This document shows, piece by piece, positions 1 through 15,610 of a DNA stretch of 64,000 bases. This stretch comes from Eledone cirrhosa (lineage: Eukaryota). The translations under genes and the position numbers were made by a program. The DNA lies in contig OZ024745.1 in assembly GCA_964016885.1 (NCBI GenBank), positions 70,184,001-70,248,000 of the forward strand, given 5' to 3'. The notes under the pieces are model-generated. The model saw nothing but the letters and a program-made list of their open reading frames with translations, did no database searches and was not told where the DNA came from. The first letter of the stretch is position 1; the number at the start of each line of letters is the position of its first letter.

Positions 1-344
1 CTTAACGGCGCCATCTTTCTGTTAGATTGAAGTAGAGCTATCAGAATGCACGCACAATCACATATATAAGCGGCTATACGCACACACACACACATATGGG
101 GGATGTATCGAGTTTTTAATTCTTTTCTTTTAGATAACTCTGATGTTGATTGACAATATTCAGTAGACGTAAAGCAATATTTCTTAGGAATAAATTGTAT
201 GTTCAAATACAATATAATACTTTTTGCACCTAGGCTTAATATACTGCAGCAAAAAATAGAAGTGTGGAGATGGAAAAGCCAATTTTAAAATAGAACAAGT
301 ATATGACATAAATGTTAATATGTTTATCTATGTATATGTATAAA

Positions 345-434
345 TATATATAAATATGTGTGTGTGTATGTATATATATATATATATATATGCATAGGAT
401 ATATGTATTTATATATGTATTTATATATATGTAC

Positions 435-520
<86 letters not shown>
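345..520. repeat. (TA)n microsatellite, compound
   Basis: Long TA run with TG interruptions; explains ORFs 236-584. Confidence 0.95.
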
Positions 521-524
<4 letters not shown>

Positions 525-797
525 TCTATTCCTTTCGAACAACCCATGCTTTGCGTTTTCTCTCATTTTTTAAACTATGCTTAAATTTCCCAATTTAAAT
601 ATTTCTGGAAACAGATGGCTCTTTAAAATATCTATTAAATTCTCATAGATCCGCTCTGAATAGTTTTGGAATCACATGCACTTCTACAAAGGATTTAAAC
701 TACTATGTATTCCTGGTTGGATATCATTCCTCAACTTGCTGGAACAAAGGAGAATCTGCCAAAATTCAGCTGTTCCTCTTCATATCCTTTCTTCCCC

Positions 798-895
<98 letters not shown>

Positions 896-1464
896 ACTTT
901 TTTGTCAATTTGGGGATTGATTCGTTCCAAGATATCGTAAACTAATCCGATAATATCAGTATCCAGTTTCAATTGAAATCGACTTGCGGATGAATTTTAA
1001 ATATCATTCTCACTATAATAATTATGTTAATTCAGTGTATTGAATTCAAATTTCAAGCAAGAGATTTAAAATGTTGAGTCTTTTCCGTATTCTTGTTTTT
1101 CGGCTGACAATGCTTTCGTTCTTTATTTGATTTGTTTAAGATGATAGGGTACGGTGTGTGAGAGATTTGCCTACTATTTCTAGCAGTACTGAAGCCCTCG
1201 TAGACGATCTATCGTTGGCTCCGAAAAAAAATTAAATCAGTTAGGACGATAGACTTCCTTGATATTTTCACAAGATATTAGATGTTAAAAGACCAGGTAT
1301 TGTGAGCAGACCTATGATCAACTCCGTTAGAGCTATGACAATCAAATCAATTGCATTGTTCAGTACATGTGTCCGTTTGGATGGTTTCTTCCTGTTATTC
1401 AGTTTGTATGGGTGTTATGGTAAATTCATTTTCTCACACTGTAACAACTTAAACAATAAACCAC

Positions 1465-1600
1465 TATTAAAATTTCACCAAAGTCCTTGCTGTTTGGTCA
1501 ACTTTAATTTATAGTAAATGACACTTGTTCAAGATACTAAGCATATAACATCAAACTCAGGAATGTCGGACTGGGAAGCGAACTTCTTAACAATTGGGAC
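1465..1600 (-). mobile_element. Diverged copy of a second SINE family
   Basis: Shares aaatttcac..caa / tatagtaaatgacacttg.tcaag / gaagcgaacttcttaac motifs with 15030-15155 and 58410-58560. Confidence 0.45.
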
Positions 1601-2299
1601 ATTCTGCATCAAATTTCGGATAATATGAACAATGTCTGCCTTATTTGATAAAGTATTCTGCCATTGAGAGTTGTTTAGCAAATATACCGGATATGATCTT
1701 CACACGTGTAACATATAAATCATAGATTTTCGTTTATGATTTCTCGCGTGTGAATCATAGAAAATATATTAAATATAAAACATAAACATTTTATGGCACA
1801 AGGAATAAATTATTCGGTCAAAATATCTTCGTACACAAAAGAAACGTTATATTTATAACATTACCTTCTTGATATTTTCTTCTTACTGTATTACTCAATA
1901 TGTAACGAGGGAACAGGGATTAGATCAAAACTCACAAGAACAAAATATATGCATGTATATTTCATTAAATTGATAGCGATTGTGTTAAGTTGGGAAAATC
2001 CCCAATGAGACATAGCGACACAGCCAGAAAACCGAGACGAGTGTGAGAAATAGGAAAAATAGGTTTCAGCGCGAAAGAAATGTGGAGGGAGCAACAGGAA
2101 AAAAAAACAAAAAAAAAACGAAAGATGCAAAATAGGATGGAAAGAGGAAATGAAAGGAAGTATGGAAGTAAGAATAATAGTCAAAATATGTGATACTTTG
2201 ATAGATACAGGGCGCGATGGAATTTTACAACTGAAATACGACAAGTGGGTAAATAGATAAATATGTAAAGGTAACAGATATATACATAGATTGATAGGT

Positions 2300-2783
2300 A
2301 TAATATATATAAATAAATAAATATATATATAAAAGAATAAATAAATATATATATATGTATATATATATTTATATATAAGTATAAATATATATGTATATAT
2401 ATGTATATATATAAATATATACATATATAAATATATATATATATAAATATATATGTATATATATAAATATATACATATATAAATATATATATTTATAAAT
2501 ATATATGTATATATATAAATATATACATATATAAATATATCTATATATACATATAAATATATATATATACATATATATGTACATATATAAATATATACAT
2601 ACATAAATATATATATATATATACATATAAATATACATGTATATATAAATATATACGTATATATGTATATGTATGTACATATGTGTGTATGTATGTGTAT
2701 ATATATATATATATATATATTTATGTATATATAAATATATACGTATATATGTATATGTATGTACATATGTGTGTATGTATGTG

Positions 2784-2857
<74 letters not shown>
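2300..2857. repeat. Degenerate (TA)n/(TATG)n array with an internal ~85-bp duplication
   Basis: Low complexity; 2651-2700 is repeated at 2736-2785. Confidence 0.9.
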
Positions 2858-2858
<1 letters not shown>

Positions 2859-3396
2859 AGAGAGAGGGAGATGGAGAAATAGACAAACAGATTGATACAT
2901 TAATAGATACGTAGATAAAATAGATAGATAAACATAGTTTAATAAATAGATATATAGAGAGAAAGGAGATAGAAACATAGAGACAAAGAGACCTACAGAA
3001 TATGAGACTCATGTATAACGAGAGAAAGAGATAGGTAGTTTCCTCAGAATGTTATGCACATAGTTTCATTAAATTCGTGATCTACCAGTTTTATGTATTC
3101 TCTTCAAAATTTTCGCATCCATTTCAGCAATATTCACAATGATTTTTTGCTATTTTAAAAGCAAATCGTATTGATTTTGACATCAGTTCATTGTTAACGA
3201 ACCTTTAATAACATACCGCCTGCCCCAAATAACTTCTTTCCTACATGTCTTACTTCTATTAATGTAGTTTACATTGACTCTTAGTCTATTTTCTGCTTGC
3301 ATTTCGATTCTATCTTCTTATTCTTCCTCATTATTCTTTTGTTGTTATCATCATTCTTGTTATTGCTGTTTTTGTTGTTGTTGTTATTATTATTAT

Positions 3397-3590
3397 TGGC
3401 AGTTATTATTGGTATAGGGTTGGACGCCATGCTCTCTAGCATAGTTACGTCCCTTTACGGTCTGAGTTCAAATCCGGTCGAGGTTAACTTTGCCTTACAT
3501 CCTTACGGAGTCGATAAAATAAAGTACCAGTAATGTACTGGGTCATTGCTGGCCTTGTGCCAAAAGTAGAAACAATTATTATTATTATTA
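3397..3590 (+). mobile_element. tRNA-derived SINE (main family)
   Basis: B-box GAGTTCAAATCC, core TTTGCCTT.CATCCTTACGG.GTCGATAAAATAAAGTACCAG, tail GGCCTTGTGCCAAAAGTAGAAAC(ATT)n; repeated many times in the window. Confidence 0.9.
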
Positions 3591-3591
3591 A

Positions 3592-3765
3592 TCGGTAGAG
3601 CGTCAGACTCCATGCTTTGCAGCATAATTATGGCGCTTTACGTTCTGCGTTCCAATCCTGCCTTTCATCCTTACAGAGTCGATAAAATAAAGTACCCGAA
3701 TTGCACTGAGTAATTGCTGGCCTTGTGCCAAAAGTAGAAACAATTATTATCATTATTATTAGTAT
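3592..3765 (+). mobile_element. tRNA-derived SINE, partial tandem copy
   Basis: Same core and tail as 3397-3590, with a 5' truncation and a small deletion. Confidence 0.85.
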
Positions 3766-3774
3766 TATTGTTCT

Positions 3775-4033
3775 TTAAGTCTCAGTCATTGATGTTATTT
3801 AACAGGAAAGTTTGTTGCCTCAGATATTCAGGACGTATCGGAGCCTTCTTGCTGTTCCCAGCAAGCATGCCTTTTGAAGTCTCCCAAAAAGCGGGGTTGG
3901 ACTAATCTTCTTTAACCATCCTTGGAAACTCTTTGAGATAGTACCTAGGTGCCAGTGGATCACCCTGCCCATCACATCATGTCTCCAGCCTTTATAGTGA
4001 GTCTGGGCTAGGTGTTTACACTCGCATACAATG
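3775..4033 (-). mobile_element. R4/Dong-like non-LTR retrotransposon 3' fragment, internally deleted
   Basis: Minus-strand translation IVCECKHLAQTHYKGWRHDVMGRVIHW, then LGTISKSFQGWLKKISPTPLFGRLQKACLLGTARRLRYVLNI*. These match the RHD..IHW and LQK..LLGTA..LR motifs of restriction-like-endonuclease LINEs; 3' end abuts an (ATT)n tract. Confidence 0.8.
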
Positions 4034-4128
4034 TTGCTGGCCTTGTGCCTATATAAGAAACCATTATTATTATTATTATTATCATTAGTAGTTGTAGTAG
4101 TAGTAGTAGTAGTAGTAGTAGGAGTAAG

Positions 4129-4256
4129 GGCGGTAGATTGGCAGTTTCGGTAGAACGACGGACACTCTCCTTCGTGGCATAGAGTTACGGCCCTTTCGGT
4201 CTCAGTTCAAATCCCACCGAGGTTAGCTTTGCCTTTCATCCTTACGGGGTCGATAT
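4129..4256 (+). mobile_element. tRNA-derived SINE, 3'-truncated
   Basis: GGCGGTAGATTGGCAG..CGG A-box region, GTTCAAATCCC B-box, core start. Confidence 0.85.
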
Positions 4257-4448
4257 AATAATTGTTTCTATTTTTAGGCACAAGGCCAGCAATTATCCAG
4301 CACATTACTGGTACTTTATTTTATCGACCCCATAAGGATGAAAGGCAAAGTTAACCTCGGCGGGATTTGAACTCAGATCATAAAGGAACGTAACTCTATG
4401 CTTCAGAGCATGGTGTCCGACTCTCTACCGATTCTGCCAATCCACGTC
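4257..4448 (-). mobile_element. tRNA-derived SINE, full length
   Basis: Reverse complement of the family consensus from head to tail. Confidence 0.9.
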
Positions 4449-4451
4449 GAT

Positions 4452-4560
4452 ATAATAATAGTTTCTACTTTTGGCACAAGACCAGCAATTACCCAGTACA
4501 TTACTGGTACTTTATTTTATCGACCCCGTAAGGATGAAAGGCAAAGTTAACCTCGGCGGG
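4452..4560 (-). mobile_element. tRNA-derived SINE, 3' half
   Basis: Reverse complement of core and tail. Confidence 0.85.
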
Positions 4561-5466
4561 AATTATAATAATGTACCACTAATGCATTTGGTCAATTTAA
4601 TCGATTCTCCCCTCCCCTTTTGCTGTCATTTTTCCTAAATAAAAACAATTATTATTGGTTTAGAAACCATTATTGGGCTCACAATCATAAAGTTTTGAGT
4701 TTGAATCCCGGAACGGACGGTGTGATATGACCTTCTTTTCAGCGATGCTCAAGTCAACTGGTGCCAAGCTATATCGGTCTTTCCGTTTTCTTCGGACAAC
4801 AGCGGTTGTGCGTTGAGGGAGGACTAGCATGCAGAGACTACTGCTGGTCTTCCATAAAATAATTTGGCTGGGATTGAGTCACTCATAAGATCTGACCTTC
4901 CAAATGCCAAACTATGTTCCTTCATGAAAAATGGGTTAATCTTTATTTTAAATTTTAAGTATTGATGTCATATATATGAGAATTCTTATTTTCAGAATAA
5001 TGGCATTTTAGATATTAGATACAAGAATAATTGCAGCTTTCGGTTTCGACAGGTCACTAGTGCATTTCAGTAGAACCCCGATCTTAACGAAATTCGTCTA
5101 TGTGCATTAGCTAATACAGCTACTGTTGTAAATATAACTAATGGATAACCGACTAACACATCTCGCATTTCAATGAAATTTATTACCCGTGTCTAATTCG
5201 TCATTTGTTCTTTTTCATTTGATATACATATAATATATGAGACAACTTTAAAGCAGGACAGTATACACACAAACATAAATACAAACACACTTACACACAC
5301 TTGCAGACGCCCCACACGCACACGTGTGTGTGTGTGTGTGTGTATGTGTGTATGAAACATCCTTTCAAAATATGCTATGCAGCACTTTATTCTAGATTTA
5401 CAATGGAAAGTGTATTGGTTCTAACAATATGAATTTGCCTAAACACTTTTAGTGCACAAGGAAATG

Positions 5467-5526
<60 letters not shown>

Positions 5527-6502
5527 AAAAAATATGTGAAGAATGATTCTTTTGTCATGACGAGATAGGTTATTTAATTAATATCGAAACACTCGGAACT
5601 GTGTAACGTATTTATTTGCAAGAAGCTGGGAATGGCAATCACCATCTATTGACTTGGTGTCACATTCAACTAATTCTATATTTCTATATTGTTACTACAT
5701 TTCCTTGTACATTCGTATTCCAAACATTATTTGCTTGTTAGCGAGAAGGCTTAACACACATACTGTATTTTTCTATTTTGCTTACAACACTATTATTTAT
5801 TTGTTGACTATATATATATATATGCAGAGGTTATATTTAATTTGTTGGGATTCAACAAGCTGAGACATTTTTATAACTGATATATATTAGAAAATTCTTT
5901 GAAAATTCCTTTGAAAGATATAAAAAAACCATTATTTTCATATCTTCCAATATTTTTATATCTTCAAACTTTTTTAATATATGTATCCAAATATTTATAT
6001 ATATGTGGAATAACATGATTTTTATATATAGCTGTGTTATATATATGTGGAATAACCTATGGTTTATGTTTTAACTTTATTCTTAAGATAAATTTGTTTA
6101 ACTTTATAGCAAGTATGACTTCTTATAAAATAACCTATGGTTTATGTTTTAATTATACTGTTAAGATAACATTTTTAACTTTATAACATTTAATCCTTGG
6201 AATCATTTGAGATCTTAAAAAATCACTTCTAACTTCCTTTATACTTCCTTACTGTTTTTATAATATAATTAAGTAGTTATTCCTTTGTAAACTCTCGTAA
6301 ATTTTCATAAATTTAGAATTATTTGGATGTTTAAATTTTGACTTACAACTATTAATAAATATAATTTTGCCAAACTTACTTTAATAAATTTTCTCTAATG
6401 TAAAATACTATATATTTATTTTAATAATTTATAATCCTTAACATACACATCTAAACCAATATATTATTACTAATACATCTTAATATAATATAAATACTTC
6501 TG

Positions 6503-6641
6503 TTTTAATTTTAATTTTTAATTTTTAATTTTTAATTTTTAATTTTTAATTTTTAATTTTTAATTTTTAATTTTTAATTTTTAATTTTTAATTTTTAATT
6601 TTTAATTTTTAATTTTTAATTTTTAATTTTTAATTTTTAAT
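6503..6641. repeat. (TTTTTAA)n heptamer tandem array, about 19-20 copies
   Basis: Direct reading; near-perfect 7-bp period. Confidence 0.95.
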
Positions 6642-6754
6642 GTTTTATTATTTATTTATTTTTATTTTTTTTAATATTAATATTAAATTATTAAATTAAA
6701 CCTTTAATATTAAGGCAAATTTTAATCTTTAATTTTAATATAATGTTTCAACCT

Positions 6755-6846
6755 ATCTTGCCTTTCATTCTTACGGCGTCGATAAAATAAAGTACCAGTA
6801 ATACCCTGTGTAATTGATGGCCTTGTGCCTACCGGAGAAGCAATTA
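6755..6846 (+). mobile_element. SINE 3' fragment
   Basis: TTGCCTTTCATTCTTACGGCGTCGATAAAATAAAGTACCAG...GGCCTTGTGCC. Confidence 0.8.
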
Positions 6847-7283
6847 TAAATATTATAATCACAACGTAATGAACCCAACATTCTAAATATTATTCTTCCA
6901 CGTTAATCTTATTTCTTCTTTCAATTCTTTCACTTAGATATATTTACGCGATGTATATTTCTCCAATAAAACTTATTTCTTCATTCATTCTGACTTTCTT
7001 CAATATCACTATATAAAATCGTTCTTTCTTTCCTCTTCTCTCTTTCTCCTTCCTTTTCTTATTTCTTTTTTCTTTTTTTCTTTCTCCCTCACATATCATC
7101 CTCTTCCAACAGTTTAATTTAAATAAACCGTTATCCTTTCAACTTTTCGGACACTCATTTGCATACTCACTCATAACTTTGTATTACCCTCAATAAAATA
7201 TAATCTCCACTATCCAGGAAGCTCCAACCGTTAAGGTTGTGTTTTTTCCGGGTATGTCAATATTTATTTATAAAACAAATAAG

Positions 7284-7349
7284 TATTTTACCTGATGAAA
7301 GGGCACCATAATTTGCCTTGGTTGCCCTTGAAATATATATAATAAAATA
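7284..7349 (+). ncRNA. Minimal type-I hammerhead ribozyme motif (PLE type)
   Basis: TATTTTAC-CTGATGA-AAGGGCA..TGCCCTT-GAAA-TATATA-TA-ATAAAATA. Stem I has 7 of 8 pairs (first pair is a C/A mismatch), stem III is palindromic, and the downstream tail is shared with 41320-41370. Confidence 0.75.
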
Positions 7350-7420
7350 AATATGGTTTTATAAATATAGTTTCCATTTATTAATATATTGTATATATCT
7401 TTTTATATATATATATAGAA

Positions 7421-7470
<50 letters not shown>

Positions 7471-7586
7471 TTATTAAACTTTAATCTGTTATTTTAATAA
7501 ATATTTGCTCTACGGTTCTTATATATTTGATATATATTTATCCTTATCGAGCCCTCTGTGGATTTTAGTCTTCAAATTTATTATTA

Positions 7587-7697
<111 letters not shown>

Positions 7698-8438
7698 AGA
7701 TGAGTAGCACATGATTTCTTTTCACCTGACCTGGACCGGTAATGATCTAAACTCCCCAACATACATCCTGTTGGGGCTGGAGTTGCTCTATAACACAAAC
7801 ATGGATCTTGAGCAAACCATCTGTGAAACGTTCGTAATTGGGCCTAATCAATAAAAACATCATATATATATATATTTATATATATATATATATATGTATG
7901 TATGTGTGTGTGTGTGTGTGTGTATAAATGCATGTATATATTCAAAGCGCACTTGTCTGTGAAATACTCAACCACACTTGCACGTTAATTACCCTATCAG
8001 GCACTTCCGTTGTTTAGAAAGCTGGAACGCTTGTCTTCCGAATTGAAGGAGGTACAACTATTTCTGTGTTGCCTTAAATATATTGAACGTACATTCATAC
8101 ACGCAACTAGATATGTTTATGTGTTCCAAACAAATCCTGAGAGCATATGTATAAAAGGTGAAAGAGGTGGGGATTAAGGTATCTGCATATACACACAAAT
8201 AGAAATTAGGGGGTAAATTGACGAGGCAACTGTTTAAAGGAATTTTAAAAGCTTTATATTGAAATGAATGATTAAATATATAAGTAAGCGAATGAATAAG
8301 ATAAAATCAAAGTTAAACATAAATACATTAGTAGTTAGATAAGTAAACCCTTACCTCTCCTATATTTTATCCCTATTCCACTATTTGTATGACACGACTA
8401 TGTGTTTGCATGTACATAGACATATATATATATATAAC

Positions 8439-8506
<68 letters not shown>

Positions 8507-9137
8507 GAATACAAACACGCATATTTCCAAACACGCATATTTATGTCTACTTATTTATTGGGCTTTTTGTTCCCACTTCATGCTGTTTAATAAGTTGTTT
8601 TCCTTCAATAAAACATTCGATTAAATCGCCAACCTCTAGTCTACATTTGCAAAGTATTATAACAATGAATCAATAAATATTCTCACAAAACTGATGCATG
8701 GTTGTTTCTAAACACTCCTAATAGAACTTTTTTTTAATTCAATATTTATAGGAAATATGTGTCCAAAGCTTGGTAACAAAATCAATGTCAGGAAAGTGAT
8801 TGTGTCACAGATTAGATGTTGACTATCTCCAAAGCAACCATGTTTGGTTAGTTCTTTGCTTATAGCTGCCTTTCCACACACTTCTTTGTTGTCAATATAT
8901 TTCCTATCTGTGATCTCAAATTTTATACACAACATACTCACAAAATTATCCCTATGTTAGATGTATACATGTATAAATACAGCGTAACTGAGTAACCGAA
9001 TCTCCCCTTAACTGATCGTGCTAAGAAAAAGCATATTAATTTTTACTATCACCCCATCCAATATATTATTATCGTTGTTAAATGCTAAAACATTGTTGAC
9101 ACGTATGTGAAATAAATTGTGGTATTAGGCCATGGTA

Positions 9138-12174
<3,037 letters not shown>

Positions 12175-12195
12175 CATATATATATATATATATAC

Positions 12196-12234
<39 letters not shown>

Positions 12235-12723
12235 CATATAAATACATATATATATATATGTGTGTGGGTGTGTGTGTATTTGTTTGTGAGTTCAAGACAT
12301 AGATATATATCATGCAATATGTATAAAATACATAATTAAAGTGGCTATAGTATCATTCAAAGAGGTACATCTACATATTTATATTTATATTTTTTCAAAG
12401 GTATTTCTAGGCATCATGCATTACCATTCAATGTTAATCTAATATAGTTGGTGGAAATATTATAACAATCGCAATCATATGTGGACGACACGCTAGTAAA
12501 AGTATAATTAAATTGTAATATTTTATCATAGTTGGCATAATCTAAATATAATATAAATGTATAGCGGGCAAACTTTAATATTAATCATGCATTAGCAACG
12601 AGTATATTAGTGCTCGTTATTGATGGGATAGCTACTGGACAATAGGCGGTTGTTAATCGTTTATGCAAAAATGTATTCTGAAACGACTACATTAAAAATC
12701 CTTTACAAATATAGTGTATGAGG

Positions 12724-12816
<93 letters not shown>

Positions 12817-15029
12817 AATCTATAACGAGAGTTGATAACATATTTTGATGGTTGCATTCTCCTTTGATTTTTAAGATCGTACAATATATAAATGATATAT
12901 TTATATAGCGAGAGAAGAATAAAGGTAAATATTTGACCTTTGGAGATCAGACGTGTATATCTCCATTTGATATGCAATTTTCAATTCAGGGTTTATAATA
13001 ATGGATTTGTGACTTTTACGCCTCCCAATTTCGTTAACAGAGTAAGTAAAATTGATAACAGTAGCATTACCTATATTGGTCAAACGCTACCTTTATCAAA
13101 ATGTATGGAATATAGAACATCGATTTCATAACTCCGATCAATTTGTGGCTCTGATCACCACCGATATTTTCAACACAGGTAGAATGTGAATGCCATGTAT
13201 CCATCTCTGTACTGGAATGGTATCTTATTTCTCAATCTCAGAAGAAGCAAATTACAAATTTGCCCTCGATTGGATTTGAAATCAGAACGTAGGGAGCCAG
13301 AAGGAATCCATGGAAGATGGCAGGGGAGATGCCTACCTCGTTCTTGTTGGCATAAGACGCTAAATATACAAAGAAGTCAACATTTTGCCACCACTATTGT
13401 GGAAATACAAATCAATTTTATGCAGATAGTGAATCTACATAAAAGGGATATATCGCATCAGACATTAATATTGTAACTTCAAAATTTAGGAAAATGTTTC
13501 AACTGTATATAAGACAGCAGATACATAGGAAAAGAAACTGCTATTTGGCGAGGCCAACATATTCTGTTAGCATTAATATTGTTCACGTATGTTTTTCATC
13601 TTAGAAATAGCCGCAATCTAAATATGAACAATTAAATTCAAATTAAATTTATCATTTGTAGTTGCAGCAGATCTTTGTAAATGACAATGTGGCAACAAAA
13701 ACCTAGAATTAAATGAGAAATGTGAAGCGCAATTAACAATTCCTGTGTTTTTTATAGGAAAATATGATACATCTATGATGTATTTGCTTCAAATTTAGCA
13801 TGGTCTCGAATCGATTCACTTGCCACAAACTTACAGCACACATATATGTGTGTACATATATAAATCTTCGCAATCATTCTACATTGTTAACTCTCTATCT
13901 ACACCCACCCACCCCCTCTCTCCCTTTTTATACATACGCACACAAAGACACACACACATATGTATGTGTCTGTACAGTTGGGAGCATTCTCTTTATTCTC
14001 ATGCTCAGCCATTTATGCACTGTTTAATGTAAAGTTATGACGATATATAGAGCGGGTATATTAATGAGCTGATGATGATGATGTGGATATTTGTAGAATG
14101 TTATACTAATGTTTATTTACACACACACACATATATATATACATATATATAAAGATGTCCTAAAAAGATATATACACCATTCTAATAAATATTGCCTGAA
14201 CAGGTAATTAAAGTATGTATAAATATTGGGAGGGGTGGGGCATCCTTTATATAATGTGTGTGCGTATGTATATGTGTGCGTACGTATATGTGTGTATATC
14301 TCTTTCTCTTTTTCTCTTTCTCTCTCTTTCTTTTATATCACTTTTTCTCTCTCTCACGCTCGCTCTCTCTCTCATGCTCTCTCTCTATCTTTCTTTCTCT
14401 CTTAAACTCTATCACTCTTTCCCCCTCTCACTATATCTCTTTCTTTCTATCTGTCTTTATCTTTCTGTATATATATATATATATATATATGCATGTATTC
14501 ATATTAAATATACTGGTAGGTTATCTACAGGTATAATTCCTTCCTAATTGCTTATGACCGCGTAACTTTGATCATGTATATACGTATTTACTGATTGGTT
14601 TATATGGCGCCATTAGTGAAGTATGTGTCCCGTCTGAGACTAATGAATGTTTGTCGACAAACAGAAAGACATTTGGGAAAATTTCTATTGCCTTCTTGTG
14701 ATAAAACTGAAATGCCTCTCCATCGTTTCAGAATTTGAGTCTTTCAGTTCGATCAACCGATCAGTTTTCTCGTGAAATAAACGTGCAAGTAACTGAGCAT
14801 AAAACATACTCATTTCTGTTTAACTTAATTAATTCTCAAGGAAATTGAGCCATTTTAGGTTTTTTGAGGACGTCGGCCATTTAAATTACAATTATAATTT
14901 ATATTATATTATAGTGTATATGGCTGAGGGCAGAGTATTCCTTTAATTCGATTTCCAGAATATTCTGCTGGAAATATCTGTCCTCTGGATCATTGATTTA
15001 TTACAGGCTATTTGGCTGATTTCCAAACA

Positions 15030-15155
15030 GTTTCCATCTACTTAGTTTCACTTACAAGTCACGTGTCTACCTGTGGCTGTTAAACGACACTTGCTCGAAA
15101 TGTCACACAGTGGGATCGAACCAAGAATATGATTTTTGAGTAGTGAACTCTTTAC
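15030..15155 (-). mobile_element. Second SINE family, diverged copy
   Basis: GTTTCCATCTAC..TTTCACTTACAAG...GACACTTGCTC...CAGTGGGATCGAACC (B-box-like on the minus strand). Confidence 0.55.
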
Positions 15156-15319
15156 ACATTCGACCAAACAATGATTAAACTAGAATTAAAAAAAAGGTAA
15201 AAATGATTATTTACTATACATTTCAGGGTGGACAACCCTTTATTGAAGGATAGCATGCTATGGGTATTCAATATTATTCTTTCATATGTATAACATACTA
15301 CAAATATCATCCTTTTGAC

Positions 15320-15445
15320 CAATACCACCTTCATCATCATCATCATCATCATCGTCGTCATCGACATCGTCATTGTCATCGGCATCGTCATCATCGTCAT
15401 CATCCTCATCACTGCCCGTATCAGCCCATTCATAATCATCATTGA
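15320..15445. repeat. Degenerate (CAT)n trinucleotide repeat
   Basis: Direct reading; explains the His/Met-rich ORFs. Confidence 0.9.
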
Positions 15446-15486
15446 TATGGTTATTGTCGTGTTCATTATTATTATTTGTTCTCTAA

Positions 15487-15610
15487 GGGTGGTGAATTGG
15501 CAGTATCGGTAGAGGGTCAGACGCCATGCTTTCTAGCATAGTTATGTCCCTCAGTAATGTACTGGGTAATTGCTGGCCTTGTGCCAAACGTAGAAACAAT
15601 TATTATTATT
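15487..15610 (+). mobile_element. SINE with internal deletion
   Basis: Head GGGTGGTGAATTGGCAGTATCGG joined directly to tail CAGTAATGTACTGGGTAATTGCTGGCC. Confidence 0.85.

Noticed and set aside
7800-7845. TTGAGCA...GAAA-CGTTCG-TA hammerhead-like motif
   Set aside because: Core mismatch and no convincing stems I or II.
15152-15512. His-rich and Met-rich ORFs
   Set aside because: Products of a (CAT)n microsatellite.
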